The notes beneath the pieces are model-generated. The model did no database searches. It saw only the letters and a program-made list of their open reading frames with translations, and was not told the origin of the DNA. Made by a program: the position numbers and the translations under genes. A stretch of 64,000 nt of DNA from Patescibacteria group bacterium. GTDB lineage: Bacteria > Patescibacteriota > Microgenomatia > 2-02-FULL-39-11. This document shows positions 56,006 through 64,000 of the stretch, piece by piece; the stretch's first letter is position 1, and every line of letters begins with the position of its first letter. The DNA lies in NCBI GenBank assembly GCA_023379265.1, contig JAMCUI010000010.1, positions 200 through 64,199 of the forward strand. Reading direction: 5' to 3'.

Positions 56006-56434
56006 ATGAAAATATTTTTTACTAGCCTGATTCTGTTTCTTGCGATATTGGTGGAATCCGTTCTATTGCCGGTACCAGTTACTCTGATGGCGGTAGTACT
56101 AATTGGTATATTTGTGCCTGAGTTGGCTCCGTTTTATGCCTTTTTTGCTGGACTGGCACTGGATTTATTTCTACCCAGACTTTTGGGAGTCGATGCCGTA
56201 TTTTTTCTCATAGTGATACTGTTGGAACGTCGTTATCAAAGAAAAGTCCATACTGGTCAGATCTTTTTCTATCTAATTTTTCTTCTGGCTACAACCATAG
56301 TTTATAGCATGATATTTTATAAGCAATGGGATCCTGTCAGGTTTGCAGTGATACTGGTTATAAGCGGAGGGTTACTCTATACAGTCTCCAGAATATTGCC
56401 TGAATCAGACAAGCGTAAAAGACTTTCGGTATAA
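56006..56434 (+). CDS. mreD: MreD-like membrane protein
   Basis: Hydrophobic protein with AFFAGLALDLF..LG; lies between mreC and mrdA. Confidence 0.7.
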   Translation: MKIFFTSLILFLAILVESVLLPVPVTLMAVVLIGIFVPELAPFYAFFAGLALDLFLPRLLGVDAVFFLIVILLERRYQRKVHTGQIFFYLIFLLATTIVYSMIFYKQWDPVRFAVILVISGGLLYTVSRILPESDKRKRLSV

Positions 56435-56449
56435 TTTTTGTCAAAACCT

Positions 56450-58195
56450 ATGGCAAATAATCCCTTTGGTAAAATTTTCGGAGAAGAAATAGTCAAAGGC
56501 CAAAAAAGAAGGCTTTACCGGGATAGTTCCCAAAATAGTGAAGCATCTACCGTCGGAAGATATTGGCTTTTTTTAGTGCTTCTTGTTTTATGTCTTGGTT
56601 TGCTGTCGGCGAGACTTTTTAGTCTCACAATTATTGAAGGAAGTCTTTACCGCCGGCTATCTGAAGGTAACCGTATCAGGGAAACGGTGATTGCGGCAGC
56701 GCGAGGCATAATTTATGACCGTAATGGAAACGTCCTGGTACGAAATATCCCGTTTTTCAAAAGCAGAAACGGCCGTGAATTTTTTGAAAACAAGCCTGCG
56801 AGTGTTTCAGGAGGATTGATTGAATCAGTTGCTAGGGATTATGTTTACGGAGATCTCTTTGCCCACGTATTGGGATATACGGGAGAGATAGGAAAAGACG
56901 AACTAGACCAGCTTGCCGACACTGGTAGTTATCAGGTTGGAGACCAGATAGGTAAAATGGGTATTGAGAAGTTTTACGACAGGATACTTCATGGGCGGGA
57001 CGGCAAGGAACTGGTTGAAGTGGACGCAATAGGAAAACCGGTCAGGATTTTGGGAAGGGTAGATCCGGTTGACGGCCAGAATATAAAGCTTGGGTTGGAT
57101 CTGGGACTCCAGCAGGCGGCTTCCGCAAGCATGCAAGGGAAAATCGGAGCAGTAGTAGCAGAAAACCCGCAGACGGGGGAAGTGATGACTCTTTATTCGT
57201 CCCCCACTTTTGACCCCAACGCCTTTGTACGCAACGCCGACTTGTCAAAAATATTTACGGATTCCACACAACCTCTTTTTGACAGAGCAATAGCAGGACA
57301 ATATCCTCCAGGATCCACATTCAAGGTAATTACGGCTTTGTCGGCCCTTGAGACTGGGGCTATTACTCCCCAAACCCAGTTTGAAGATACGGGTATACTG
57401 CAAGTGGGAAAATTCTCTTTCGCCAACTGGTATTTTACACAGTATGGTAAGAAGGAGGGGATGGTAGATGTGGTTAAAGCAATAAAAAGGTCAAACGATA
57501 TATTTTTCTATAAGACGGGGGAGGCAATAGGGATTGAGAGGCTAGCCGATTGGGCCAAAAAAATGGGTTTGGGAAAGCCTCTTGGGATTGACATACCAGG
57601 GGAAATGCCGGGACTTATGCCTGATCCTATGTGGTTGCAGAAGACAAGGGGAGAGGATTGGTATTTGGGCAATTCCTACCATGTGGCTATCGGCCAGGGG
57701 GACATATTGACTACGCCCCTCCAGATTAATGCATGGACGAACATAGTTGCCAACGGAGGCAAACTTTGCACACCTCATATTTTGACCACCGATAAAAATT
57801 CGGGTAAATATTGCAAAGATGTGGGTATAAAAAGCGAATATATAGATCTTGTGCGGGAAGGGATGAAAGAAGCGTGTGCCACTGGCGGCACTGGCTGGCC
57901 TCTTTTTGATTTCAAGGTCCAGTCGGAGAAACTTAAGCCTGATGGGTTGGATTTTTTTGAGGCGCCGGAAGCAACTATATCCGGAAAACCTTGGGTATCC
58001 ATACCGACCGCCTGCAAGACGGGTACTGCTGAATATGGTGATCCACAAGGACGTACCCACGCACTTTTTACCGTATTTGCTCCTGTTAACCATCCGCAAA
58101 TTTCCGTGACAGTGGTGGTGGAGGGTGGAGGCGAGGGTTCAAACGTCGCCGCCCCGGTAGCCAAGAATCTTTTAGAAAACTGGTTTGAAAGATAA
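56450..58195 (+). CDS. mrdA: Penicillin-binding protein 2 (class B)
   Basis: RGIIYDRNG, PPGSTFK (SxxK), SND, KTGTAE. Confidence 0.93.
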   Translation: MANNPFGKIFGEEIVKGQKRRLYRDSSQNSEASTVGRYWLFLVLLVLCLGLLSARLFSLTIIEGSLYRRLSEGNRIRETVIAAARGIIYDRNGNVLVRNIPFFKSRNGREFFENKPASVSGGLIESVARDYVYGDLFAHVLGYTGEIGKDELDQLADTGSYQVGDQIGKMGIEKFYDRILHGRDGKELVEVDAIGKPVRILGRVDPVDGQNIKLGLDLGLQQAASASMQGKIGAVVAENPQTGEVMTLYSSPTFDPNAFVRNADLSKIFTDSTQPLFDRAIAGQYPPGSTFKVITALSALETGAITPQTQFEDTGILQVGKFSFANWYFTQYGKKEGMVDVVKAIKRSNDIFFYKTGEAIGIERLADWAKKMGLGKPLGIDIPGEMPGLMPDPMWLQKTRGEDWYLGNSYHVAIGQGDILTTPLQINAWTNIVANGGKLCTPHILTTDKNSGKYCKDVGIKSEYIDLVREGMKEACATGGTGWPLFDFKVQSEKLKPDGLDFFEAPEATISGKPWVSIPTACKTGTAEYGDPQGRTHALFTVFAPVNHPQISVTVVVEGGGEGSNVAAPVAKNLLENWFER

Positions 58196-58284
58196 AATAC
58201 TTCAATATTTCCTATTCTGACCTATTTTTATACTTTTAGAGCGCTTGTCTAAATCTATAAAATTGTTGTATCCTTTGACCGGCC

Positions 58285-58457
58285 GGACAATTCAGACTAT
58301 AGGCGGTCTGAAACTTGTCCTGACTTTTTCTTTCAATGACAAAAACAGGCAGTTTGCGCCTGTTTATTGTCGGGTGCACATTAAAATTTCGCGGAAAAAG
58401 TGTTTGAGATAACGGGTAGAAAGAAGATCACGGTCTTTTTTCTCTCCGTTATCTCAA
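58285..58457 (+). other. Highly structured 5' leader with three stem-loops
   Basis: Hairpins at 58285-58320, 58338-58371 and 58404-58457. Confidence 0.65.
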
Positions 58458-58490
58458 CGAGAAAAAACTATCACGAAAGGGGTGAGATTG

Positions 58491-58679
58491 ATGAGTTTGC
58501 TGAAGATAGTAAAAGAGTTTTACACAACGGTTGTCGAGGGACATAAATGCGGAAAGGAGGCGATGAGACGTTGTATCATATGTGACCAACCGGTTTGTGC
58601 AGAGCATCTTCGAGGCCAAGTTTATTGCCTCGATTGTGTGCCACGTGCACAGACACCGGCTCCACCATCGGCTGGATAA
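58491..58679 (+). CDS. Small zinc-finger protein (B-box-like CxxC-x4-CxxH-x6-CxxC)
   Basis: Strong SD AAAGGGGTGA; CIICDQPVCAEHLRGQVYCLDC. Confidence 0.65.
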   Translation: MSLLKIVKEFYTTVVEGHKCGKEAMRRCIICDQPVCAEHLRGQVYCLDCVPRAQTPAPPSAG

Positions 58680-58702
58680 CAAATAAAGAAGGGAGTAGTC
58701 AA

Positions 58703-58912
58703 ATGGCAGTGGAAGATGCAAGAGTAAAAAGGGCTAAGAAAGCCATTGAGGAGTGGTTGAACAGTAAGAGTTACGGCGGGATATCAGACTGGAGTGGAAA
58801 GTTTTCCTACAACCAGTATAGGGAATCTGGTGGTTCTCTAATCTTTGATGCCTCCAATCCCGTCGGCAGTTTCTCTTACAACCTTACATCAGGAGAAGTA
58901 AAGAAACTTTAA
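58703..58912 (+). CDS. Small hypothetical protein (69 aa)
   Basis: SD AAGGGAG before the ATG; MAVEDARVKRAKKAIEEWLNSK... Confidence 0.65.
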   Translation: MAVEDARVKRAKKAIEEWLNSKSYGGISDWSGKFSYNQYRESGGSLIFDASNPVGSFSYNLTSGEVKKL

Positions 58913-58956
58913 CAAGTGAAACTGCATTTCCGCGAAAACTGAATATTGGTACGTCC

Positions 58957-59022
58957 GCCGGACAGGTGAGATGAGAGAGTGTGAGTCTTTACTCATGCAA
59001 CAACTTTTTTTATCTGTCCGGC
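58957..59022. terminator. Long stem-loop closing the small-ORF cassette
   Basis: gccggacag/ctgtccggc with inner gtgtgagt/actcatgc; lies between convergent genes. Confidence 0.55.
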
Positions 59023-59036
59023 AATTTTCAACCCGG

Positions 59037-59723
59037 CTAATTAATTACGACAACCTTTTCTTCTTGTAGGAAATGTTCGTCAAGTCCTCCATCTCTTCCG
59101 ATTACATCAGCAAAAAAACTGATAAAAAGAGGTGTTGAAAGACGGCTGCCGTAATAAGGAAATCTCCAGTTTCTACTTCTTTCCAGGTCCAGTCTGACCG
59201 GGTCACTCCTAGTTCTGATTTCGTGAGGAATCTGGCCACTAACCATTCCTGATATTCTGTTGGCACTTATCGGATTTTCGGTCTGCCTAGCTTGGTAAAC
59301 TGCGCATGCTTTCAAAGTCTGATATGACTCATCCAATGTCTCCTGACCCCGATTTTGCGTGTGTGTCCTAAGTAACATTTGCTGTCCCAGAAGGGCATCC
59401 TGAGCAAAAAAAGCATTCGCAAATACATTTAATTCATGGGGTTGAGGTTCTTGTAATCCTTCTGTCATTATTGGTGCAGCAGCTGAGGGGAGAAGGGGAA
59501 AGTTTTCAAAACCGGGAATACCTGTCAAATGATGCCTGCAAAAATGCAAGATAAAGTTTGGGGCATACTGTCTGCGTTTTACCGCTGTGGTTAGGTTTCT
59601 ATGCTCCCAAGTATTTAACGCTGTTTCTCCTAATCCCAGCATACTGATTTCATCCAATGATTGGGCAACTGCAGGATAGGCTAATAATTCCTGATATGGC
59701 TTTCTTCTTTCGGGATCGCTCAT
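59037..59723 (-). CDS. Hypothetical protein
   Basis: 228-aa ATG ORF with an upstream TTGATT..TATAAT promoter; no recognised motif. Confidence 0.7.
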   Translation of the reverse strand: MSDPERRKPYQELLAYPAVAQSLDEISMLGLGETALNTWEHRNLTTAVKRRQYAPNFILHFCRHHLTGIPGFENFPLLPSAAAPIMTEGLQEPQPHELNVFANAFFAQDALLGQQMLLRTHTQNRGQETLDESYQTLKACAVYQARQTENPISANRISGMVSGQIPHEIRTRSDPVRLDLERSRNWRFPYYGSRLSTPLFISFFADVIGRDGGLDEHFLQEEKVVVIN

Positions 59724-59852
59724 GAATTAGTTCAAAGACACAGATAATGTTTATTTATGGAGTTATCTTGTAAGACCCATCGGAATAATAATGGCGGGAT
59801 TATACAGCAACTCAGCCGGAAATCAAAAATTTTCCTTTTGGGAGTATGGTTT

Positions 59853-61412
59853 TTAGGGTAAGATGGTTTGTGCCAAATGCAGAAGATTTGTAATGAAAGT
59901 GTTTACCGTTGATTTGGCAGAGTCCACTGTTTTTTTAATATCTATTATGGGGACGGTGGTAGGTATTGGTGATGGGAGGGTGGTTGGTTGATTGGCAGAA
60001 GGTTGTTTGCTGCCGGTATCTGCACCAGATGATGGAGATTGACTGTTGTTTCCTCCATTCTGTGCCGCCGGAATTGTAGGAGGAAGATAGTAGGTGATAG
60101 GAGGATTAAAGCCAACTGCCGGAGGATTGGTTGGTTCGGCAGGATTGGTATAGATGGATGTGGGGGCAGGGCCATTGGGAGGATTAGTGTTATCACCTAC
60201 CCATGGTGTGGGATTCCACGTTGAATTATTATTGTTGTCAGGAGATTGATTATTGTTATTTGGACTTGAGGTGGGTGCCGGCGGTTGTGAATTAAGTTGT
60301 GAAGACATTTGAGTTATGAAGCTTGTGCAGGTTGAAGATGATCCGTCAGCACAGGGACCGCCATATGTCCCCAGGTCTTTTCCGCCGGGAATACTCGGAT
60401 CTCCTGCGCCGATAGCGGGGGAACCTGTTTTCAGACTATAGTTTCCACCCCAGCCGCGCCAGCCTGATTGGTCGTTGGCGGCAACATCAAGCAAGGGGTC
60501 AGCAGCGATTTTTCCCGTAAAATCGGTACAATATTCATGATTATCATAACAGGGATGATTGTTTTTCCACAGTAAATCGTAGGCAATGTGTTGGTTTTTA
60601 AACTGGGTGACAGTATCAGGACAATTGCCGTAAATCCATCCGGCGCCGATTGTCAACTCATCATCAACAACGATATTATTTACAAAATCCATAGGGGGAA
60701 TATTCTGGTTACAGTCGGCGTTTATCGCTTTGGATCCGGAAAAAGTATTGTTGTAAACCATGACTTTTACCGCATTGTCCGTTGTAACACCGATATTGTT
60801 GATCCAGAAATCATTTACTGCCAGGATTGATGATCCTTTTGTGAGGATAAGTCCTCCTTGATCGTTGCCATCTACAAGGCTGTTTTTGAGAATCAGATTA
60901 GTATTTTTTAGTATAAGACCTCTTCCCTGAAATTCCTTGATATGAAGACTATCAATTGTAACTGTTCCTCCTGTACTGCAGATTCCGGCTCGATGGACAT
61001 AATCGTTGGGTTTGCTGTGTCCCTCACCGTAGAGGACAGAGCCGACAAATTCTCCAAACGGACTGCCTTCGCCTTTCAGTGTCAGGCTTTTGCCTCGCAG
61101 ATCCAAAAAACAGCCGGATGTGCCCCATCCCACGGCAACGGGTGTTTCCTGGGGACCGGAATAAGTACCCTTGCCTATTATTATAGTGTCACCGTTTTGG
61201 GCGGCATCCACTGCCTGCTGGAGTCCGGCCGGTCCGGCATAATCGCAGCCTGCTGCGGCTTGCGCACAGACTGTTTTGGTACCGGGGGCGGCGGCTTTGG
61301 AGCGTATTTCGATGCTTTTTTCTTTGGGTAAAAGAATCTGCATAGCAAGAGCAGAGAAGACTATAAGTATCATCGATAAAAAAATAAATTTTGGAGAGTC
61401 AGGATTATGCAT
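59853..61412 (-). CDS. Surface protein with right-handed beta-helix (pectin-lyase-like) domain and P/T/N-rich linker
   Basis: TM helix followed by EIRSKA; LQQAVDAAQNGDTIIIGKGTY; NNTF/NNI repeats; YSLKTGSPAIGAG..DLGTYGG. Confidence 0.8.
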   Translation of the reverse strand: MHNPDSPKFIFLSMILIVFSALAMQILLPKEKSIEIRSKAAAPGTKTVCAQAAAGCDYAGPAGLQQAVDAAQNGDTIIIGKGTYSGPQETPVAVGWGTSGCFLDLRGKSLTLKGEGSPFGEFVGSVLYGEGHSKPNDYVHRAGICSTGGTVTIDSLHIKEFQGRGLILKNTNLILKNSLVDGNDQGGLILTKGSSILAVNDFWINNIGVTTDNAVKVMVYNNTFSGSKAINADCNQNIPPMDFVNNIVVDDELTIGAGWIYGNCPDTVTQFKNQHIAYDLLWKNNHPCYDNHEYCTDFTGKIAADPLLDVAANDQSGWRGWGGNYSLKTGSPAIGAGDPSIPGGKDLGTYGGPCADGSSSTCTSFITQMSSQLNSQPPAPTSSPNNNNQSPDNNNNSTWNPTPWVGDNTNPPNGPAPTSIYTNPAEPTNPPAVGFNPPITYYLPPTIPAAQNGGNNSQSPSSGADTGSKQPSANQPTTLPSPIPTTVPIIDIKKTVDSAKSTVNTFITNLLHLAQTILP

Positions 61413-61415
61413 GAT

Positions 61416-62861
61416 TTACGGCAATATCACTCTAGTAAATTTTATCAGCGAACTGAATATATCAAAGAGAATCATTCTTGTATTTTTTACTGTCTTGCCG
61501 ATATCTATTATAGGCGCAGGAGTGGGAATAGGAGAAGGAGTGAATGTGGGGGTCTGTGAAGGTTGGGGAGGGATTGTTGCGGCAGGAGCAGTTGTAGGCC
61601 GGATCATTTGGGGCGGGGGAGATAATTGTATGGGTAAAGAAACAACAGGTTGGGGTTGTGGAGTTGGCGATGGTAATACTGAGGTTGGTAAAGGAAGATT
61701 AGTGGGAGCAGGTGGAATGTTGGTAGGTTGCCAAACAACTTGCGTTGGTGGATTTGTGGGAGGTGGAGGTGAGGAGGGAAGTGGATTGTTTGCCGGTTGG
61801 CCACCCAGATAATTTGACAGCCAGGAAGCGATGGGATCTACATTGAAGGATTTCCAGTCGGAGTTGTTTCCAATTTGGAAAAGGGTAACTCCCAAAATAT
61901 ATGGATCCTGTTTTATCTGTCCGTCATACCATTGCAGCCAGTCTTCAAATTTTGACGCATCACCTCTGGCGTTCCAACCGTCAGTTTGACCATTGCCACT
62001 CTTGTCCACTCCGCCTTCAGTCAAAATCATGGGCATATCCGAAAGGTCAGGCGCGTTTTGCCGGAAATAATCATAAAAAGAGCGGTATCTGAGAGACGTC
62101 CAGTTTTCCTGGTTTACATCAGTGGTATAGTCCAGGGAGTAAGCATGATAGCTCCAGACTCCTCCAAGTTGTTTTATCTCCCGAAGGGCTGGTACGAGTG
62201 GTCCGAGAAGGTCCGGCCCCAGGTTGCCGACAGGTATTTCTCCCATATCGGGTTTGAAGCCGTTTTGAGACATAATTTCCGACAGCTTCTCCCAGAATTT
62301 GGCCGTCCAGTCGGCTGTTGTCTGGGAATTGATAATTGGTGTATTGCCGTATTCATTGGGTCCAGCAAGATAGGTAATAAGTTGTTTATCGGCAGATGAG
62401 AGTTTGGCTGTGGCAGGCCCTAAAAGTTTATTCCAAAAATCCTGAGCTGACTCTCCCGGATCGTTTGAAACTCCATAAACAGGTGCATCACCTTCATAGA
62501 CGCGCATAACTACAATCCCGTCCGGATAAGAGTTTTTGTAATCTCTGACTATATTCATTAGTGACGAATCATTTTGTGGGTCTATCACTTTTATGACGCG
62601 CGGTCCGGCGTGAGCAATAGTTTCTCCTCCGCCAGAGGCTCCAAGATAAAAGACGCCGATTTTGCTCGTGGATAGAAGAGAGGTTGAATATGTGTTTAGA
62701 GTTTTTGGTAAGTCTTTTGATTTGGCTTGTGAGGAGGTGAGTTGTGGGTATTGAGCGGCCCAGAATACCAAAGGCAGGAGAAGAAGGGATAATAATGTCA
62801 GGTAAACCTTGAAAAAGCTGCTTCTATGAAAACGGCGTATCTGTTTTTTCTTTTTTCTCAT
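61416..62861 (-). CDS. Surface glycoside-hydrolase-like (clan A TIM barrel) protein with PT-rich tail
   Basis: GPNE, WSYHAY, MILTEGG. Start placed at ATG 62861. Confidence 0.72.
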   Translation of the reverse strand: MRKKKKQIRRFHRSSFFKVYLTLLSLLLLPLVFWAAQYPQLTSSQAKSKDLPKTLNTYSTSLLSTSKIGVFYLGASGGGETIAHAGPRVIKVIDPQNDSSLMNIVRDYKNSYPDGIVVMRVYEGDAPVYGVSNDPGESAQDFWNKLLGPATAKLSSADKQLITYLAGPNEYGNTPIINSQTTADWTAKFWEKLSEIMSQNGFKPDMGEIPVGNLGPDLLGPLVPALREIKQLGGVWSYHAYSLDYTTDVNQENWTSLRYRSFYDYFRQNAPDLSDMPMILTEGGVDKSGNGQTDGWNARGDASKFEDWLQWYDGQIKQDPYILGVTLFQIGNNSDWKSFNVDPIASWLSNYLGGQPANNPLPSSPPPPTNPPTQVVWQPTNIPPAPTNLPLPTSVLPSPTPQPQPVVSLPIQLSPPPQMIRPTTAPAATIPPQPSQTPTFTPSPIPTPAPIIDIGKTVKNTRMILFDIFSSLIKFTRVILP

Positions 62862-62959
62862 GTTTGGAAGTACACCTATTAATGTATTTATATATATTAC
62901 TGGGCCTGCAAAGGTAGTGTATACTTCTTGCGTTTGAAAATGCAATCATTATATATACT

Positions 62960-63047
62960 TTTAGAAGCTATCTCAAAATCTCATTTTCAAGCCTGAAGGA
63001 ATAATATAATCCGAAGCTAAAAACAGGATATACCCATCTTACTCCGG
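62960..63047. repeat. Exact 88-bp inverted copy of 53699-53786
   Basis: Reverse-complement identity checked base by base. Confidence 0.95.
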
Positions 63048-63105
63048 AATAGGTTTGTTGTATAAATTACTTACAAAATCCAGTTGGACGGGTATAAATA
63101 AGATA

Positions 63106-64000
63106 ATGGACAATGATGAGAAAAAGTACTGGTTAGGATTTTCCGCTTTCCCTGGAATAGGGCCTCTACGTTTTGCATTGCTTTTGAAATTCTTCAAAAC
63201 CGCCCAGAAAGCTTGGGAAGCCAAAAGGGAAAAACTTTTGGAAATTGGTTTGGGAGAAAAATTGACTGAGTCTTTTTGTGCATTTAGGATGTCATTTTCA
63301 CTGAAGGATTATATTGAATTATTGAATAAGAAAAGTATCCGGGTACTTACGTTAAAAGACAGTACTTATCCCAAGCTTTTGAAAGAGATTGCGGCGGCAC
63401 CTTTCGTCCTTTATATCAGGACAGATGGGGAAATTGCTTTTGATGATGAAAGAAATATCGCTGTTGTTGGTACGAGGAAGATTACAAGCTATGGCAGGGA
63501 AGTGACGGCAAGACTTACGCGTGATTTGGTTGCTTTTGGTTGCACTATTGTTTCCGGCATGGCGTATGGGGTAGATACTGTAGCGCATCATACGGCAATA
63601 GAGTCAGGCGGACGGACAATTGCCGTTTTGGGTTGCGGAGTTGATGTAATACATCCGCAAAGTAACACTCCGCTTTATTGGAATATAGTGAGAAAATACG
63701 GCATGGTGATTTCAGAGTTTCCGGCCGGACAATATGCCTCCAAAGGTCTTTTTCCCGCCAGAAACAGGATCATAAGCGGTTTATCCCGCGGAGTTCTAGT
63801 GACCGAGGGGGCTGAGGACAGTGGGGCGCTTATTACTGCCAGGTGTGCAGTCGAGCAGGGGCGGGAAGTTTTTGCTATACCCGGTCCCATCACATCATCT
63901 CTTTCTGCCGGTCCTGCAAAATTATTAAAGCAGGGCGCAAAGTTGGTGGCAAAAGTGGAAGATATTCTGGAAGAATTAAATATAAGGAATATGCAAATAA
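63106..64000 (+). CDS. dprA: DNA-processing protein DprA (truncated by the window end; absent from the ORF track)
   Basis: YPKLLKEI, IAVVGTRK, IVSGMAYGVD, FPARNRIISGLS, SGALITA, GREVFAIPG. Confidence 0.95.
   Translation, partial: MDNDEKKYWLGFSAFPGIGPLRFALLLKFFKTAQKAWEAKREKLLEIGLGEKLTESFCAFRMSFSLKDYIELLNKKSIRVLTLKDSTYPKLLKEIAAAPFVLYIRTDGEIAFDDERNIAVVGTRKITSYGREVTARLTRDLVAFGCTIVSGMAYGVDTVAHHTAIESGGRTIAVLGCGVDVIHPQSNTPLYWNIVRKYGMVISEFPAGQYASKGLFPARNRIISGLSRGVLVTEGAEDSGALITARCAVEQGREVFAIPGPITSSLSAGPAKLLKQGAKLVAKVEDILEELNIRNMQI

Noticed and set aside
58237-58256. tagagcgcttgtctaaa as another MITE/IS end
   Set aside because: No matching opposite end was found in the window.
1-64000. Prophage, DGR/retron, rRNA or an alternative genetic code
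   Set aside because: No phage structural genes, integrase, reverse transcriptase, TR/VR pair or rRNA was seen. Conserved genes are intact under code 11 and TGA ends genes.

Overview
This 64-kb window is ordinary chromosome of a small-genome bacterium using genetic code 11. By inference it is Patescibacteria/CPR, Microgenomates-like, based on cohesin/dockerin surface proteins with 'R-x-K/R-A' N-termini, several O-antigen-ligase-like genes and -10 boxes lying directly before start codons. In order it contains: a tandem array of tRNA 5' halves; crp-like, HAD and mltG genes; tRNA-Tyr and tRNA-Thr; a dockerin-bearing subtilase; an AT-rich surface-glycan locus (PGT-ligase fusion, GT4s, wzm/wzt, and an RGP/methyltransferase/PLP-decarboxylase/B12-rSAM/QueC-like operon); a six-gene cohesin-dockerin cluster; a RelA/SpoT locus; then a P-type ATPase, site-2 protease, rpmB, mtaB-like, fmt, def, mreBCD-mrdA, a structured small-ORF cassette, two secreted proteins and a partial dprA. 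The best candidate for a new system is 32188-40140. There a 915-aa protein with divergent RelA/SpoT synthetase motifs lies behind a four-segment, trp-style leader-peptide attenuator, and it is transcribed divergently from two Rel paralogs with intact HD hydrolase but decayed synthetase domains. This suggests a 'split' alarmone system switched by ribosome stalling on a 25-aa leader. Palindromic elements occur throughout the window, including in-frame inside mtaB and a ligase gene and inside a dead tRNA; fmt carries in-frame heptamer repeats. All calls come from reading motifs by eye; no database searches were run.
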